NCBI GenBank assembly: GCA_034430615.1
Contig: DAOUEJ010000216.1
Span: forward strand, 19,016 to 83,015
Direction: 5' to 3'
Origin: Anaerolineales bacterium
Lineage (GTDB): Bacteria > Chloroflexota > Anaerolineae > Anaerolineales > E44-bin32
Length of the DNA: 64,000 nucleotides
Shown here: positions 29,584 to 38,622 of the stretch, piece after piece
Layout: each line of letters begins with the position of its first letter
Position numbering within the stretch: position 1 is the stretch's first letter
Translations under genes and position numbers: made by a program
Notes under the pieces: generated by a model
The model's database searches: none
What the model was told of the DNA's origin: nothing
What the model saw: only the letters and a program-made list of their open reading frames with translations

Positions 29584-31017
29584 TCAATTGTGTTGTGCTG
29601 CCAGAGTTCTATCATCCGGTCGAACGATGGGGAGTTGGACGGTGAAGCGGCTTCCACGGCCGAGCTCGCTTTGAGCGGTCAGGCGTCCGCCGTGGCTGGT
29701 CACAATTTCACGTGCAATCGCCAGCCCGAGGCCGGCACCGCGCTCCCCCCCACTGGCCCGGGCTTTATCAAGCTGGTAGAAACGCTCGAAGATTCGTGAG
29801 AGCTCGTCGGGCGGGATTCCTGCACCGCTATCATCGATGTGGACCGAGACCCACCCCTGGGATTGTTCGCACCAGAGTCGCACCTTGCCCCCAGGTTGGG
29901 TGTGCTTGATGGCGTTGTCGACCAGGTTCGTAAAAACCTGGGCCAGACGATCGCCATCACCCACGATCGGTGTTGGATCACCCACCTGCACCGTCAGGAT
30001 TACCTGGGCCTCCTGAGCCCGGACGCTCAAACGTTCCGCCAGGGATCGAAGCAGCACCTGCAGGTCGACGCGCTCGCGAGCGATCTTCATCTGGCCCGAA
30101 TCGAAACGCGCCAATTCCAATAAATCATCCACCAGCCGGCGAAGACGATTGGCCTCCTCATAGATCACACCGGCGGCATGCTCACGCCCTTCCTGATCCT
30201 CGACCGTGCCATCCACGATGGCCTGGGCAAAACCCTGGATCGAGGTCAGCGGGGTTTTGAGCTCATGGGAGACATTGGCGACGAAATCCCGCTGTGCTTG
30301 CTGCGAGGCCTGCATGCGGGCCGCCATATCATTGATCGCCCGACCCAGACTGCGCACCTCTTCCGGACCGCCAGGATCGAGGACTTCGTAGCGGCCATCG
30401 GCGATCTGCTTTGAGGCTTGCGCCAGGCGATCGAGCGGTGCTGCGACCCAGCGCGAGATGAGGAAGGAGAGCAGCACCGAAAGCAGCAGCGCCAGACCGC
30501 CCGCCTGGAGCAGCGGCCGCAAGAGCAGGTCATCTCCCCACGTCCGCAGCGACAGCAACACGGGTTTTTGCTGGCTCAGTACAAGGACATGCCCCTCCCC
30601 AAGAGGGCGCGAAATGTATACCCATGTCCGCCTGTCTTCTCCCCGCAGGCTGCCCTGGATAGTGCCTCCTGCGGCAGAGATCGATAGTCGGTCATCGGCC
30701 GGCCAGGCAGGGAGTTCTGGGCGACTGTCAATCACGGGCTCGCCTGTGTCGCTCAGGATCAGAATGCGAGCCCCCGTAGCCTGATCGATGCGATCAACAG
30801 CGCTCTGTAGTTCCGCCTGTGGAAGGCGCAGCAGCAGCCGGCCTTCGCCTCGCTCGAGGATCAACGGCATACTGGCGTTTAGTTGGGCGAGGATGCGCCC
30901 ATCCACGATTGGTGATCGCAGCAGGATCATCATCAGGCTCAACCCGATCAGAAAAAGCACCAATCCTGATGCGATCAGGTAGGTTATAAACAAGCGCGAT
31001 TGCAGCGATCGGAACAT
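29584..31017 (-). CDS. Sensor histidine kinase (2 TM, HAMP, HisKA, HATPase_c)
   Basis: H-box FVANVSHELKTPLTSI, N-box NLVDNAIKHT, G-boxes DDSGAGIP and GAGLGLAIA. Confidence 0.9.
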   Translation of the reverse strand: MFRSLQSRLFITYLIASGLVLFLIGLSLMMILLRSPIVDGRILAQLNASMPLILERGEGRLLLRLPQAELQSAVDRIDQATGARILILSDTGEPVIDSRPELPAWPADDRLSISAAGGTIQGSLRGEDRRTWVYISRPLGEGHVLVLSQQKPVLLSLRTWGDDLLLRPLLQAGGLALLLSVLLSFLISRWVAAPLDRLAQASKQIADGRYEVLDPGGPEEVRSLGRAINDMAARMQASQQAQRDFVANVSHELKTPLTSIQGFAQAIVDGTVEDQEGREHAAGVIYEEANRLRRLVDDLLELARFDSGQMKIARERVDLQVLLRSLAERLSVRAQEAQVILTVQVGDPTPIVGDGDRLAQVFTNLVDNAIKHTQPGGKVRLWCEQSQGWVSVHIDDSGAGIPPDELSRIFERFYQLDKARASGGERGAGLGLAIAREIVTSHGGRLTAQSELGRGSRFTVQLPIVRPDDRTLAAQHN

Positions 31018-31023
31018 GGGAGG

Positions 31024-31704
31024 CTAGGTGACCAATTTGTAGCCGACGCCGGTAACGGTCTCGATGAAGACCTGCTTGCTGCCTGAGAGGCGTTTGCGAA
31101 GATGGGCAACATGGACATCGACGGTGCGTGTCTGACCATAGAACTCGTAGCCCCAGACCAAGTTTAGCAGCTGATCCCGGTTGAGCACCTTGCCACGATG
31201 CTCGGCCAGGGTCAGAAGCAGGTCGAATTCCTTGGTACGGAGTATGATTGGCTCGCCGGCAACCGTGACCTCACGACTGCCAGGATCGATCATCACATCG
31301 GCCAGGTGGATCTGCTCACCAGTCTGCACAGTGCTGCGGACGGACCTACGCAGGATAGCCTTTATCCGGGCGACGAGCTCGCGTGGGTTGAAGGGTTTCG
31401 TGAGGTAGTCATCGGCCCCCAGCTCAAGCCCAACGATCTTGTCGATGTCTTCATCCCGCGCGGTGAGCATGATGATGGGTACGTCGCTCTCGGCCCGGAC
31501 CTTGCGGCAGACATCGAAACCATCCAGACCTGGGAGCATGATGTCGAGCACGATCAGTGCGGGTTTGAGATCCCGGATCGATTCGAGCGCCTGAAGCCCA
31601 TCATAGGCGGCTTCGACCCGATAGTTCTCACGCTCCAGGTAAAGGCGCCCCAGGTCGACAATATTTGCTTCATCGTCCACGAGCAGGATCAGTTCTCCAG
31701 CCAT
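31024..31704 (-). CDS. OmpR/PhoB-family response regulator
   Basis: Receiver domain with LLVDDE...DLKPALIVLDIMLPGLDG...LTA, and a winged-helix output domain (TVDVHVAHLRKRL...GVGYKL). Confidence 0.92.
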   Translation of the reverse strand: MAGELILLVDDEANIVDLGRLYLERENYRVEAAYDGLQALESIRDLKPALIVLDIMLPGLDGFDVCRKVRAESDVPIIMLTARDEDIDKIVGLELGADDYLTKPFNPRELVARIKAILRRSVRSTVQTGEQIHLADVMIDPGSREVTVAGEPIILRTKEFDLLLTLAEHRGKVLNRDQLLNLVWGYEFYGQTRTVDVHVAHLRKRLSGSKQVFIETVTGVGYKLVT

Positions 31705-31732
31705 ACCTTACTCCAGGACATGCTATCGGCGA

Positions 31733-32128
31733 TCAGGATGAACGCAGTGCAATCGCCTCGATCTCAACCGCCCCGCCCTTGGGCAGCGCTGCAACCTGGA
31801 CCGTGGAGCGGGCCGGCGGCGATTGTGGAAAGAACTCAGCATACACTGCGTTCATTCTGGTAAATTCGCTCAGGTCCTGCATGAAGACCGTGGTCTTGAC
31901 CACCGTGCCCAGGTCGGCGCCACCCGCAAGCAGCACTTGTTCCAGATTTTTGAGCGCCTGTCGGGTTTGCCCTTCGATCCCGCCCGGCGCGAACTCGCCG
32001 CTGACCGGGTCGATCCCCAGACTGCCAGATGCGAAGACCAGCGCATCCGTGCCGATAGCGACGGAGTAAGGGCCGATGGCCTGCGGTGCCTTGTCGGTAA
32101 TGATCACACTGCGGATGGACTTCATCAT
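31733..32128 (-). CDS. ridA: RidA/YjgF family reactive intermediate deaminase
   Basis: APQAIGPYSVAI...SGSLGIDP.SGEF...GIEGQTRQALKNLEQVL...PARSTVQVAALPKGGAVEIEAIA. Confidence 0.9.
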   Translation of the reverse strand: MMKSIRSVIITDKAPQAIGPYSVAIGTDALVFASGSLGIDPVSGEFAPGGIEGQTRQALKNLEQVLLAGGADLGTVVKTTVFMQDLSEFTRMNAVYAEFFPQSPPARSTVQVAALPKGGAVEIEAIALRSS

Positions 32129-32202
32129 GGAACCCTCCTGGAATCATCATTCGATCATGCGATTGTAAGCTTCAAGCAATCCCGATGCAAAAACAATGTA
32201 AC

Positions 32203-32227
32203 GGCACAGCGATGCCGTGCCCTCTAT
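32203..32227 (-). repeat. REP-like unit with degenerate head, ATAGAGGGCACGGC-ATC-GCTGTGCC, at the 3' flank of rayT
   Basis: On the minus strand it resembles the GTAGGGGCACGGC unit at 32780 and is in inverted orientation to it. The TAG of the head is the rayT stop codon (32226..32224). Confidence 0.55.
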
Positions 32228-32766
32228 GAATCTGGTATGTAATATGGGTCCAAACGCCAGCGGATAGAATTTTCGGTGATGTAGCATCGGATGCGGTTAA
32301 GTTTCGCCTCGTCCCGGATCACATGTTCGTAGTAATTGCGCTGCCAGACGATGAAATGCAGATCACGGTGAAATCGCCTCACGCCTGTCGTAACCGATCC
32401 TTTGAATTGCCCGATAATCGAGCCGAGTGACCGGGGAGGCCGATGTAGGGGCGCATCGCGATGCGCCCCTACTGGAACCGGCTTGTCCGATTCGTCAGTA
32501 ATTTGGATTATTAAGTGAACGTGGTTTGGCATGATAACAAATCGATCTATTTCGATACCACGTCTAAGGATTTGAAATCTCTTCAGTTCGTCCTCGACTA
32601 TCAATCCGATGGGTGAAAGAAATAATCTTTCCTCGGATATCTCGCTAAGGATTTGCCGCTTGTGAAAGGCACATATCGTCACGAAATACGCGCCGGGTCG
32701 GGTGTAATCGTACCCGGGCAAGCGCGTTGATCGCCGGCGATTTGGATGGTCGCTGGATCCGGTCAC
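32224..32766 (-). CDS. rayT: REP-associated tyrosine transposase (RayT / IS200-like Y1 transposase family)
   Basis: RLPGYDYTRPGAYFVTICAFHKRQ, HUH motif MPNHVHLII, C-terminal VWQRNYYEHVIRDE (catalytic Tyr region). Flanked by inverted GTAG-headed palindromes. Confidence 0.85.
   Translation of the reverse strand: MTGSSDHPNRRRSTRLPGYDYTRPGAYFVTICAFHKRQILSEISEERLFLSPIGLIVEDELKRFQILRRGIEIDRFVIMPNHVHLIIQITDESDKPVPVGAHRDAPLHRPPRSLGSIIGQFKGSVTTGVRRFHRDLHFIVWQRNYYEHVIRDEAKLNRIRCYITENSIRWRLDPYYIPDS
32445..32472. repeat. Perfect 28-nt palindrome GTAGGGGCGCATCGCGATGCGCCCCTAC inside the rayT coding sequence
   Basis: Read directly. It encodes VGAHRDAPLH just after the HUH motif. It has the same GTAGGGGC head as the intergenic REP-like units. 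Confidence 0.8.
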
Positions 32767-32779
32767 TATCCCCTGATTT

Positions 32780-32805
32780 GTAGGGGCACGGCGGGGCCGT
32801 GCCCC
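32780..32805 (+). repeat. REP unit GTAGGGGCACGGC-GGG-GCCGTGCCCC between the rayT start and the leuS stop
   Basis: A GTAG head plus a 10-bp stem in the 44-bp rayT/leuS spacer. It could double as the leuS terminator hairpin. Confidence 0.7.
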
Positions 32806-32810
32806 ATTTA

Positions 32811-35261
32811 TTACACGACGATATTCACCAACCGCCCCGGGACGACGATCACCTCCCGCGGCTGTTTACCTTCCATGAACCGCTTCGCCCCTTCGCTCTC
32901 CAGCGCCAGCTTGCGCGCCTGCTCTTCAGAGATATCGGCTGCCACGGTTAGCTTGTCGCGCACCTTGCCGTTTACCTGCACGACGAGCGTGATCTCATCT
33001 TCCTTGGCCAGCTCAGCATCAAATTCCGGCCAGGTCTGATTATGGATCGAATAGGGCATCTCCAGCCTCGACCACAGCTCTTCGGCGATATGCGGCGTTG
33101 CCGGCGCCATGAGAAGCAGCAGCATCTCCAACGCACGCTGGCAATCGGCCCTGGACACCGATCTAGACCCTTTCGCAGAAACGATCTCGTTCGTCAGTTC
33201 CATCAAACTTGAAATCACGGTATTGAACTCAAACTTCTCGAGATCGTTTGAAACGTGCCGGATGGTCTGGTGCACCTTACGCTCGAGCGCCCGCAGCGCG
33301 TCGGGCTGTGATCCAGGCGTCTGCATCTCGAGCACCTCATGCCCCAGCGACCATACCCGGTTCAACCAGCGCACAACTCCCTGGATGTTGTCCGGGTTCC
33401 AGGTACCGCCCTCCGACCAGCGGTATCCGAACATCAGGTAGGCCCTGACTGTATCCGCGCCGTACATCTTGACCTGTTCGTCGGGGTCGATAACGTTTCC
33501 GCGCGATTTACTCATGCGCTGCCCATCCGGACCCAGGATCTGGCCCTGGTTGCGCAGCTGCAGCATGGGCTCATTCCCCTCGGTTATGCCAAGGTCACGC
33601 AGAGCCTTGTGGAAAAAACGGGTGTAGATGAGGTGCATCGTGGCGTGCTCGACCCCGCCCGTATACGTATCGACCGGCATCCAGTAGTCATACTCACCCG
33701 GATCGAATGGCCCCTCTGAATACTGCGGGCTGAGGTAGCGCAGATGGTACCAGGAGGAGCACATGAATGTGTCCATCGTGTCAGTCTCACGCTCGGCTGG
33801 TCGCCCACAATCAGGGCACTGCGTGTATTTCCAGGTCGGGTGAAACTTGAGCGGGCTCTCGCCCGTTGGCCGCCACTCGATATCCTCCGGCAGTTCGACC
33901 GGCAGCTGTTCCTCGGGTACAGGCACGATGCCGCAATCCGGGCAGTAAACAACCGGGATCGGCGCTCCCCAGTAGCGCTGGCGTGAGATCAACCAGTCGT
34001 GCAAGCGGTAGTTGACCGAAAACTCACCTGTTCCTTTCGATTTTAGGAAATCGATGGTGTACTGGAAGGCTTTATCCGCTGGTGTTCCCGTCAGCGAGCC
34101 GGAGTTGATCATCTCACCATAGGCCGGTATGGCCTCGGTCATGCCCTCACCATCGAGGCTGTCATAACCCGCTGGCAAGATGACTGGGCGCACTTCCAGT
34201 TTGAATTTCCGTGCAAATTCGAAGTCGCGCTGGTCATGCGCTGGGACGGCCATGATCGCACCCGTGCCGTAGGTCATGAGCACGTAATCCGCGATCCAGA
34301 CCGGGATGCGTTCGTCATTGACCGGATTCATGGCATAACCACCGGTAAAGACGCCGCTTTTATCCTTGTCAAGCGCCTCACGCTCGATGTCCGACTGGCG
34401 TGCCGCCTGGTGGATGTACTCGTGAACGGCCTCGTGCTGCTCGGGCGTGGTCAGTTTCTCGACCAGCGGATGCTCGGGCGCTAACACCATGAAGGTTGCT
34501 CCCCACAGCGTATCCGGCCGGGTTGTAAAGACCTCGATCGCGTCACCATCTTCGGTGACAAAGGTCACCGTGGCCCCTTCGCTGCGACCGATCCAGTTCG
34601 TCTGCAGGATCTTGACCGTCTCCGGCCAATCGATCGTCGAGAAGTCGAGCAGTTCATCCGCATAGCGGGTGATGCGGAAAAACCATTGATCGAGGTCCTT
34701 CTTGATCACGGGCGTCTTGCAGCGCTCACAGACCCGGTTGTCACCAATCACCTGCTCGCGCGCCAGGGTCGTATTGCAGTTCGGGCACCAGTCGACAGGA
34801 GAATATTTCTTATACGCAAGATCATTCTTGAGAAACTGCAGGAAGAACCACTGCGTCCAGCGGTAATAAGCTGGATCGGCCGAGATCGCCTCCCGCGACC
34901 AATCCCACATGGCTCCCATGCTGCGCAGCTGGCGGCGCATGTTCTCGATATTCTTGTAAGTCCATTCCTTGGGGTGGATGTCACGGGCGATGGCGGCATT
35001 CTCGGCCGGCAGGCCAAAGGCATCGAAACCGATCGGGAAGGTTACATTGTAGCCGCGCATGTGCAGATAGCGCGCCCGCGCATCGGAGGGGGTCATGGCG
35101 AACCAGTGACCGATGTGCATATCCCCCGAGGTATAGGGGAGCATCGTGAGGAAGTAATACTTCTCACGATCTGGATCGACCCGGGCTTCATACAGCCGAT
35201 CGTCCACCCAGCGCGCCTGCCAGCGCGGCTCGATCTCTTCTGGTCGATATTGCTCCTGCAT
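32811..35261 (-). CDS. leuS: Leucine--tRNA ligase
   Basis: Start at MQEQYRPEEIEPRWQARW. HIGH-type motif PYTSGDMHIGH and KMSKS motif QRMSKSRGN, with the full-length bacterial LeuS pattern. The 37-codon upstream extension in the track overlaps the T-box leader and was rejected. Confidence 0.95.
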   Translation of the reverse strand: MQEQYRPEEIEPRWQARWVDDRLYEARVDPDREKYYFLTMLPYTSGDMHIGHWFAMTPSDARARYLHMRGYNVTFPIGFDAFGLPAENAAIARDIHPKEWTYKNIENMRRQLRSMGAMWDWSREAISADPAYYRWTQWFFLQFLKNDLAYKKYSPVDWCPNCNTTLAREQVIGDNRVCERCKTPVIKKDLDQWFFRITRYADELLDFSTIDWPETVKILQTNWIGRSEGATVTFVTEDGDAIEVFTTRPDTLWGATFMVLAPEHPLVEKLTTPEQHEAVHEYIHQAARQSDIEREALDKDKSGVFTGGYAMNPVNDERIPVWIADYVLMTYGTGAIMAVPAHDQRDFEFARKFKLEVRPVILPAGYDSLDGEGMTEAIPAYGEMINSGSLTGTPADKAFQYTIDFLKSKGTGEFSVNYRLHDWLISRQRYWGAPIPVVYCPDCGIVPVPEEQLPVELPEDIEWRPTGESPLKFHPTWKYTQCPDCGRPAERETDTMDTFMCSSWYHLRYLSPQYSEGPFDPGEYDYWMPVDTYTGGVEHATMHLIYTRFFHKALRDLGITEGNEPMLQLRNQGQILGPDGQRMSKSRGNVIDPDEQVKMYGADTVRAYLMFGYRWSEGGTWNPDNIQGVVRWLNRVWSLGHEVLEMQTPGSQPDALRALERKVHQTIRHVSNDLEKFEFNTVISSLMELTNEIVSAKGSRSVSRADCQRALEMLLLLMAPATPHIAEELWSRLEMPYSIHNQTWPEFDAELAKEDEITLVVQVNGKVRDKLTVAADISEEQARKLALESEGAKRFMEGKQPREVIVVPGRLVNIVV

Positions 35262-35264
35262 GCC

Positions 35265-35570
35265 GTCACCTCCCGGGCTAACCCGGAGTATCGATGCTTT
35301 CCGAAAACGTCTGCCGATTAAAAACAAAACCCTTCGCCACATCAGGGACGAAGGGATACTCCGCGGTACCACCCTGCTTGCCTGGATGAAACCAGGCCGC
35401 TCAGACGCGCTATCGGGCGAAACCCGCTCCTGGCTACAAGCGCTTCACCTGGAGGACCTGTCCCGTAGGGGGACAACAGGCGAGTTCAGCCTTGAGTGTG
35501 GTCCGCGCCCACCACGCCGGGCTTACACCCTTCCCGGCTCGCTGGCGGATGGCTTACTGCTCCTGTCCTG
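35265..35570 (-). promoter_or_regulatory. T-box riboswitch leader of leuS, Leu specifier CUC
   Basis: Read on the minus strand. Stem I carries an AG-bulge-like AGCGAG and a distal-loop GGUGUAA. The specifier-loop candidate is ca-CUC-A (35496..35494). The T-box sequence is AGCAGGGUGGUACCGCGGAG (core at 35374..35362). A terminator follows. Confidence 0.8.
35320..35355 (-). terminator. Intrinsic terminator of the T-box leader (cccuucg...cgaaggg + UUUUGUUUUU)
   Basis: A 7-bp GC-rich stem with a 12-nt loop followed by a U-tract. Its 5' arm is positioned to compete with the T-box antiterminator. Confidence 0.75.
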
Positions 35571-35590
35571 GCCGCTATTCAATTTTCAGG

Positions 35591-35663
35591 TGGACCCAGT
35601 GGGATTCGAACCCACGACCTTCTCAATGCCATTGAGACGCGCTCCCAACTGCGCTATGGGCCC
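35591..35663 (-). tRNA. tRNA-Ala (anticodon GGC)
   Basis: Folded by hand into a 73-nt cloverleaf: GGGCCCA-TA-GCGC-AGTTGGGA-GCGC-G-TCTCA-ATGGCAT-TGAGA-AGGTC-GTGGG-TTCGAAT-CCCAC-TGGGTCC-A. G3:U70 identity pair present. CCA is not encoded. Confidence 0.9.
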
Positions 35664-35676
35664 ATGCAAGTTCAGG

Positions 35677-35749
35677 TGGACCTGGCGGGATTCGAACCCG
35701 CGACCTCATCAGTGCGATTGATGCGCGCTCCCAACTGCGCTACAGGCCC
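35677..35749 (-). tRNA. tRNA-Ala (anticodon CGC)
   Basis: Folded by hand into a 73-nt cloverleaf: GGGCCTG-TA-GCGC-AGTTGGGA-GCGC-G-CATCA-ATCGCAC-TGATG-AGGTC-GCGGG-TTCGAAT-CCCGC-CAGGTCC-A. G3:U70 present. CCA is not encoded. Confidence 0.9.
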
Positions 35750-35912
35750 CTGTGGGGTGCGAGGATTGTACCTGAGCGTGAAGATGACTGTCAAGCAAAG
35801 TCAGGGAGAGGAGAATTGCCAAGCCACAAATCAAGGAGTGGAGCTGTGCAACCCTCCGGCATTCGCCCTCCAATCCATCGAAGGCTATAATCGGCACCTT
35901 CGAGGTGACCAT

Positions 35913-37013
35913 ATGCCTGATCCGATCCAACACCTGCAAGAACTCATACGCGCCAACAATTTCGATCTGCTCACCTTGATCCCAAGCCCTAGCCTGCATT
36001 ATCTTACCGGGCTGGATTTTCATCTGATGGAACGACCGGTCGTGCTCTTCATTCCAGCCTCAGGCGAGCCGGTCATGGCGCTGCCCGAGCTTGAATACCC
36101 GCGCATGCAGGAGGCGCATCCCTCGCTGCTATGCTTCCCTTATGGCGAGTCGGAGAGCGAGCGAGCGACCGCCCTATACTCGGCGGCGCAGCAGTTTCCA
36201 GACGCAGAGCGTATCGGCGTGGAGCCCCTGCGGATGCGGTTTTTCGAGCAGGAACTGCTACGGGAGGTAGCCCCTGGCTGGCGCTTCGTCCCTGCGGAGG
36301 GGATCATCGGCGAACTGCGCCTGCGTAAGTCGGCGGATGAAGTTGAACAGATGGCACGGGCGGTGCAGATCGCTGAAAGTGCGCTCGAAAAAACATTGCC
36401 CTCGATCCGGCCTGGCGTTACCGAGCGTGAACTGGCGGCCGAGCTGGTCGTCCAGCTTCTGCGTGCCGGTTCTGAGCCAGATCTGCCCTTCAACCCGATT
36501 GTCGCCTCTGGTCCCAACAGCGCCCTCCCCCATGCAACACCAACTGACCGCAAGCTGCAGGGCGATGATCTGTTGATCATCGATTGGGGGGCGCGCTCCG
36601 GCGGTTATATATCCGACCTGACGCGGACGTTTGTCCTCGGTCATTCTTCTGAGCAACAGCGTACCATCCATGGCCTTGTGGAAGCAGCCAACGCGGCCGG
36701 GCGGGCGAGAATCAAGCCCGGCATACAGGCGCAGGTGGTCGACCAGGCAACGCGGGCCATCATCGACTCCGGTGGTTATGGGAAGTTCTTCATCCACCGC
36801 ACCGGGCATGGGATCGGCCTGGAACCCCATGAACCCCCGAATATCCGCGCCGGTGACGAACTCGTGCTCGCCCCCGGGATGACCTTCACCGTCGAGCCCG
36901 GCATCTATCTTCCAGGCGAAGGCGGGGTCCGCATCGAAGACAACGTCGTGGTGAGCGAGACTGGTTCGGAAACGCTCAGTTCCCTGCCGCGCGACCTGAT
37001 CGAATTGTCATGA
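35913..37013 (+). CDS. M24-family Xaa-Pro aminopeptidase/dipeptidase
   Basis: Start at [20 protein letters not shown]. The pita-bread fold metal ligands appear in [29 protein letters not shown] and [20 protein letters not shown]. The track ORF start at 35496 runs through the tRNA genes and was rejected. Confidence 0.85.
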   Translation: MPDPIQHLQELIRANNFDLLTLIPSPSLHYLTGLDFHLMERPVVLFIPASGEPVMALPELEYPRMQEAHPSLLCFPYGESESERATALYSAAQQFPDAERIGVEPLRMRFFEQELLREVAPGWRFVPAEGIIGELRLRKSADEVEQMARAVQIAESALEKTLPSIRPGVTERELAAELVVQLLRAGSEPDLPFNPIVASGPNSALPHATPTDRKLQGDDLLIIDWGARSGGYISDLTRTFVLGHSSEQQRTIHGLVEAANAAGRARIKPGIQAQVVDQATRAIIDSGGYGKFFIHRTGHGIGLEPHEPPNIRAGDELVLAPGMTFTVEPGIYLPGEGGVRIEDNVVVSETGSETLSSLPRDLIELS

Positions 37014-37780
37014 CGAGCATCATCCCGGGCGGAGAACCTTTCCTATTCCCGGTTGGCAATTCCGGCTGCTTGCTCATCCAGGGCTTCACCGGCGCTCCTG
37101 AGGAGATGCGCTGGTTGGGGAAGCATCTTGCCGGGCAGGGCTATACTGCCCTCGGCATCCGCCTGCAAGGTCACGGAACTACCCCAGCCGATCTGACCCG
37201 CATTCGTAAAGAGGATTGGCAGGCTGATATCGAAGATGGCATGGCGTGGTTGCGCGGCTGTACAACAAGGCAGATCGCGATCGGGCTTTCGCTGGGCGGG
37301 ATGCTGGCTCTGAACCTGGCTGCAAATGACGATCTGAACGGGGTGGTCGTGATGGCGACACCCTGGATGCTTCCACCAATCGCCCACCGCTTACGTCCAA
37401 TCATTCCGCTGCTCAGCCGTTTTTGGCGCTACCGCACACCGGAAGAACCCTCCGACTGGGTCGATCCAGAAGCGGGTGCGAGCAACGTCAATTATCCCGT
37501 TCAACCCCTGCATGCCGTCGGCCAGGTCGTCGATCAACTGGAGCAAACTCGATCCCTTTTGCCTCGAGTCACCTGTCCGGTGCTGCTGCTGTACTCCGAG
37601 GGAGATCTCACCGCTCCACCCGAACACGGCGAAACCTATCAGAAAAAAATCGGCAGTGAAGATGTACGCCTGATACGGATTCAGGGCAGCGGGCACAATC
37701 TGCCCCGGGATGCAGCCCGGGAGCAGGTCTTCCACCACATCACAAACTTCGTGAATGACGTGTTGGGAGGGGGTGGATGA
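37010..37780 (+). CDS. Alpha/beta hydrolase (carboxylesterase / monoacylglycerol-lipase type)
   Basis: CLLIQGFTGAPEEMRWLGKHLAGQGYTALGIRLQGHG and nucleophile elbow GLSLGG. The start overlaps the upstream stop (ATGA). Confidence 0.8.
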   Translation: MTSIIPGGEPFLFPVGNSGCLLIQGFTGAPEEMRWLGKHLAGQGYTALGIRLQGHGTTPADLTRIRKEDWQADIEDGMAWLRGCTTRQIAIGLSLGGMLALNLAANDDLNGVVVMATPWMLPPIAHRLRPIIPLLSRFWRYRTPEEPSDWVDPEAGASNVNYPVQPLHAVGQVVDQLEQTRSLLPRVTCPVLLLYSEGDLTAPPEHGETYQKKIGSEDVRLIRIQGSGHNLPRDAAREQVFHHITNFVNDVLGGGG

Positions 37781-38550
37781 GCATCATCCTTCCCGGCGCT
37801 GAACCGTTCTACTTCCCCGGCGGCGACGTGGGCTGCCTGCTTGTGCACGGGTTCACGGCCACCCCACAGGAGGTGCGTGGTCTGGGTGATCATCTTCACC
37901 GGGCCGGGCATACCGTGCTCGGCGTGCGACTGGCTGGCCATGGCACACGCTGGCAGGATCTAGCGCGCACTCGCTGGGGTGACTGGCTGGCCTCGGTCGA
38001 GAGCGGCTACCACCTGCTCCGGCCTCAATGCAACAAGATGGTCATCATGGGCTTATCTACAGGTGGGGACCTGGCGCTGATCCTGTCCACACGCTTCGAG
38101 CTGGACGGCGTGGTGACGATGTCCACCCCCTACCAGCTGCCGCCTATCCCTACCCTGCGTATGCTTTACCCGATCCTGACCCCGGTCAGCATGATCCTGC
38201 CCAAATTGCAGAAGGGACCGCCCGACTGGCGCGACCCAGAGGCGGCTGCGGCCCGGGTTCAATATAACTGCTATCCGCTGCGTGCCGTGCGTGAGTTTGG
38301 GCTTATGCTGGACACGATGCGCACCAGCCTGCCTTCTGTGCGGGTGCCGGTCCTCTCGATGCACTCGCTTGAGGATGGGTTCATTCCGCACAGCGACATG
38401 GGCCGGATCCACGCCGGACTCGGTTCGGTTGACAAGCAAGTGTTCAGCGTCGAACACAGCAACCACATCATTAGCTGCGACGCGGCGCGGGAGCTGGTCT
38501 TCGGGCAAGCGGCTGAGTTCGTCCGCAAGCTCGCCTCCCCGTCTGGGTGA
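37777..38550 (+). CDS. Alpha/beta hydrolase, tandem paralog of 37010..37780
   Basis: CLLVHGFTATPQEVRGLGDHLHRAGHTVLGVRLAGHG and GLSTGG. Colinear with the upstream paralog, with an ATGA start/stop overlap. Confidence 0.8.
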   Translation: MSIILPGAEPFYFPGGDVGCLLVHGFTATPQEVRGLGDHLHRAGHTVLGVRLAGHGTRWQDLARTRWGDWLASVESGYHLLRPQCNKMVIMGLSTGGDLALILSTRFELDGVVTMSTPYQLPPIPTLRMLYPILTPVSMILPKLQKGPPDWRDPEAAAARVQYNCYPLRAVREFGLMLDTMRTSLPSVRVPVLSMHSLEDGFIPHSDMGRIHAGLGSVDKQVFSVEHSNHIISCDAARELVFGQAAEFVRKLASPSG

Positions 38551-38622
38551 GAACAGGGAGACAGGAAGAGCGACAGCGAAGACAGGGCATTTGCGATTAT
38601 GCTCTGTAAGGAGGGAAACAAC

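Noticed and set aside
35455-35485. A gtagggggac / gtccccctac motif resembling the GTAG-headed REPs
   Set aside because: It lies within the T-box leader region and is plausibly part of that leader's secondary structure. The head is followed by GGGGGA rather than the GGGGC stem shared by the REP-like units.
35496-35912. N-terminal 139-codon extension of the M24 peptidase ORF
   Set aside because: This stretch is the reverse complement of the two tRNA-Ala genes. The VGFEPTTF/AGFEPATS peptides are the classic translation artefact of tRNA T-arms. The real start is ATG 35913.
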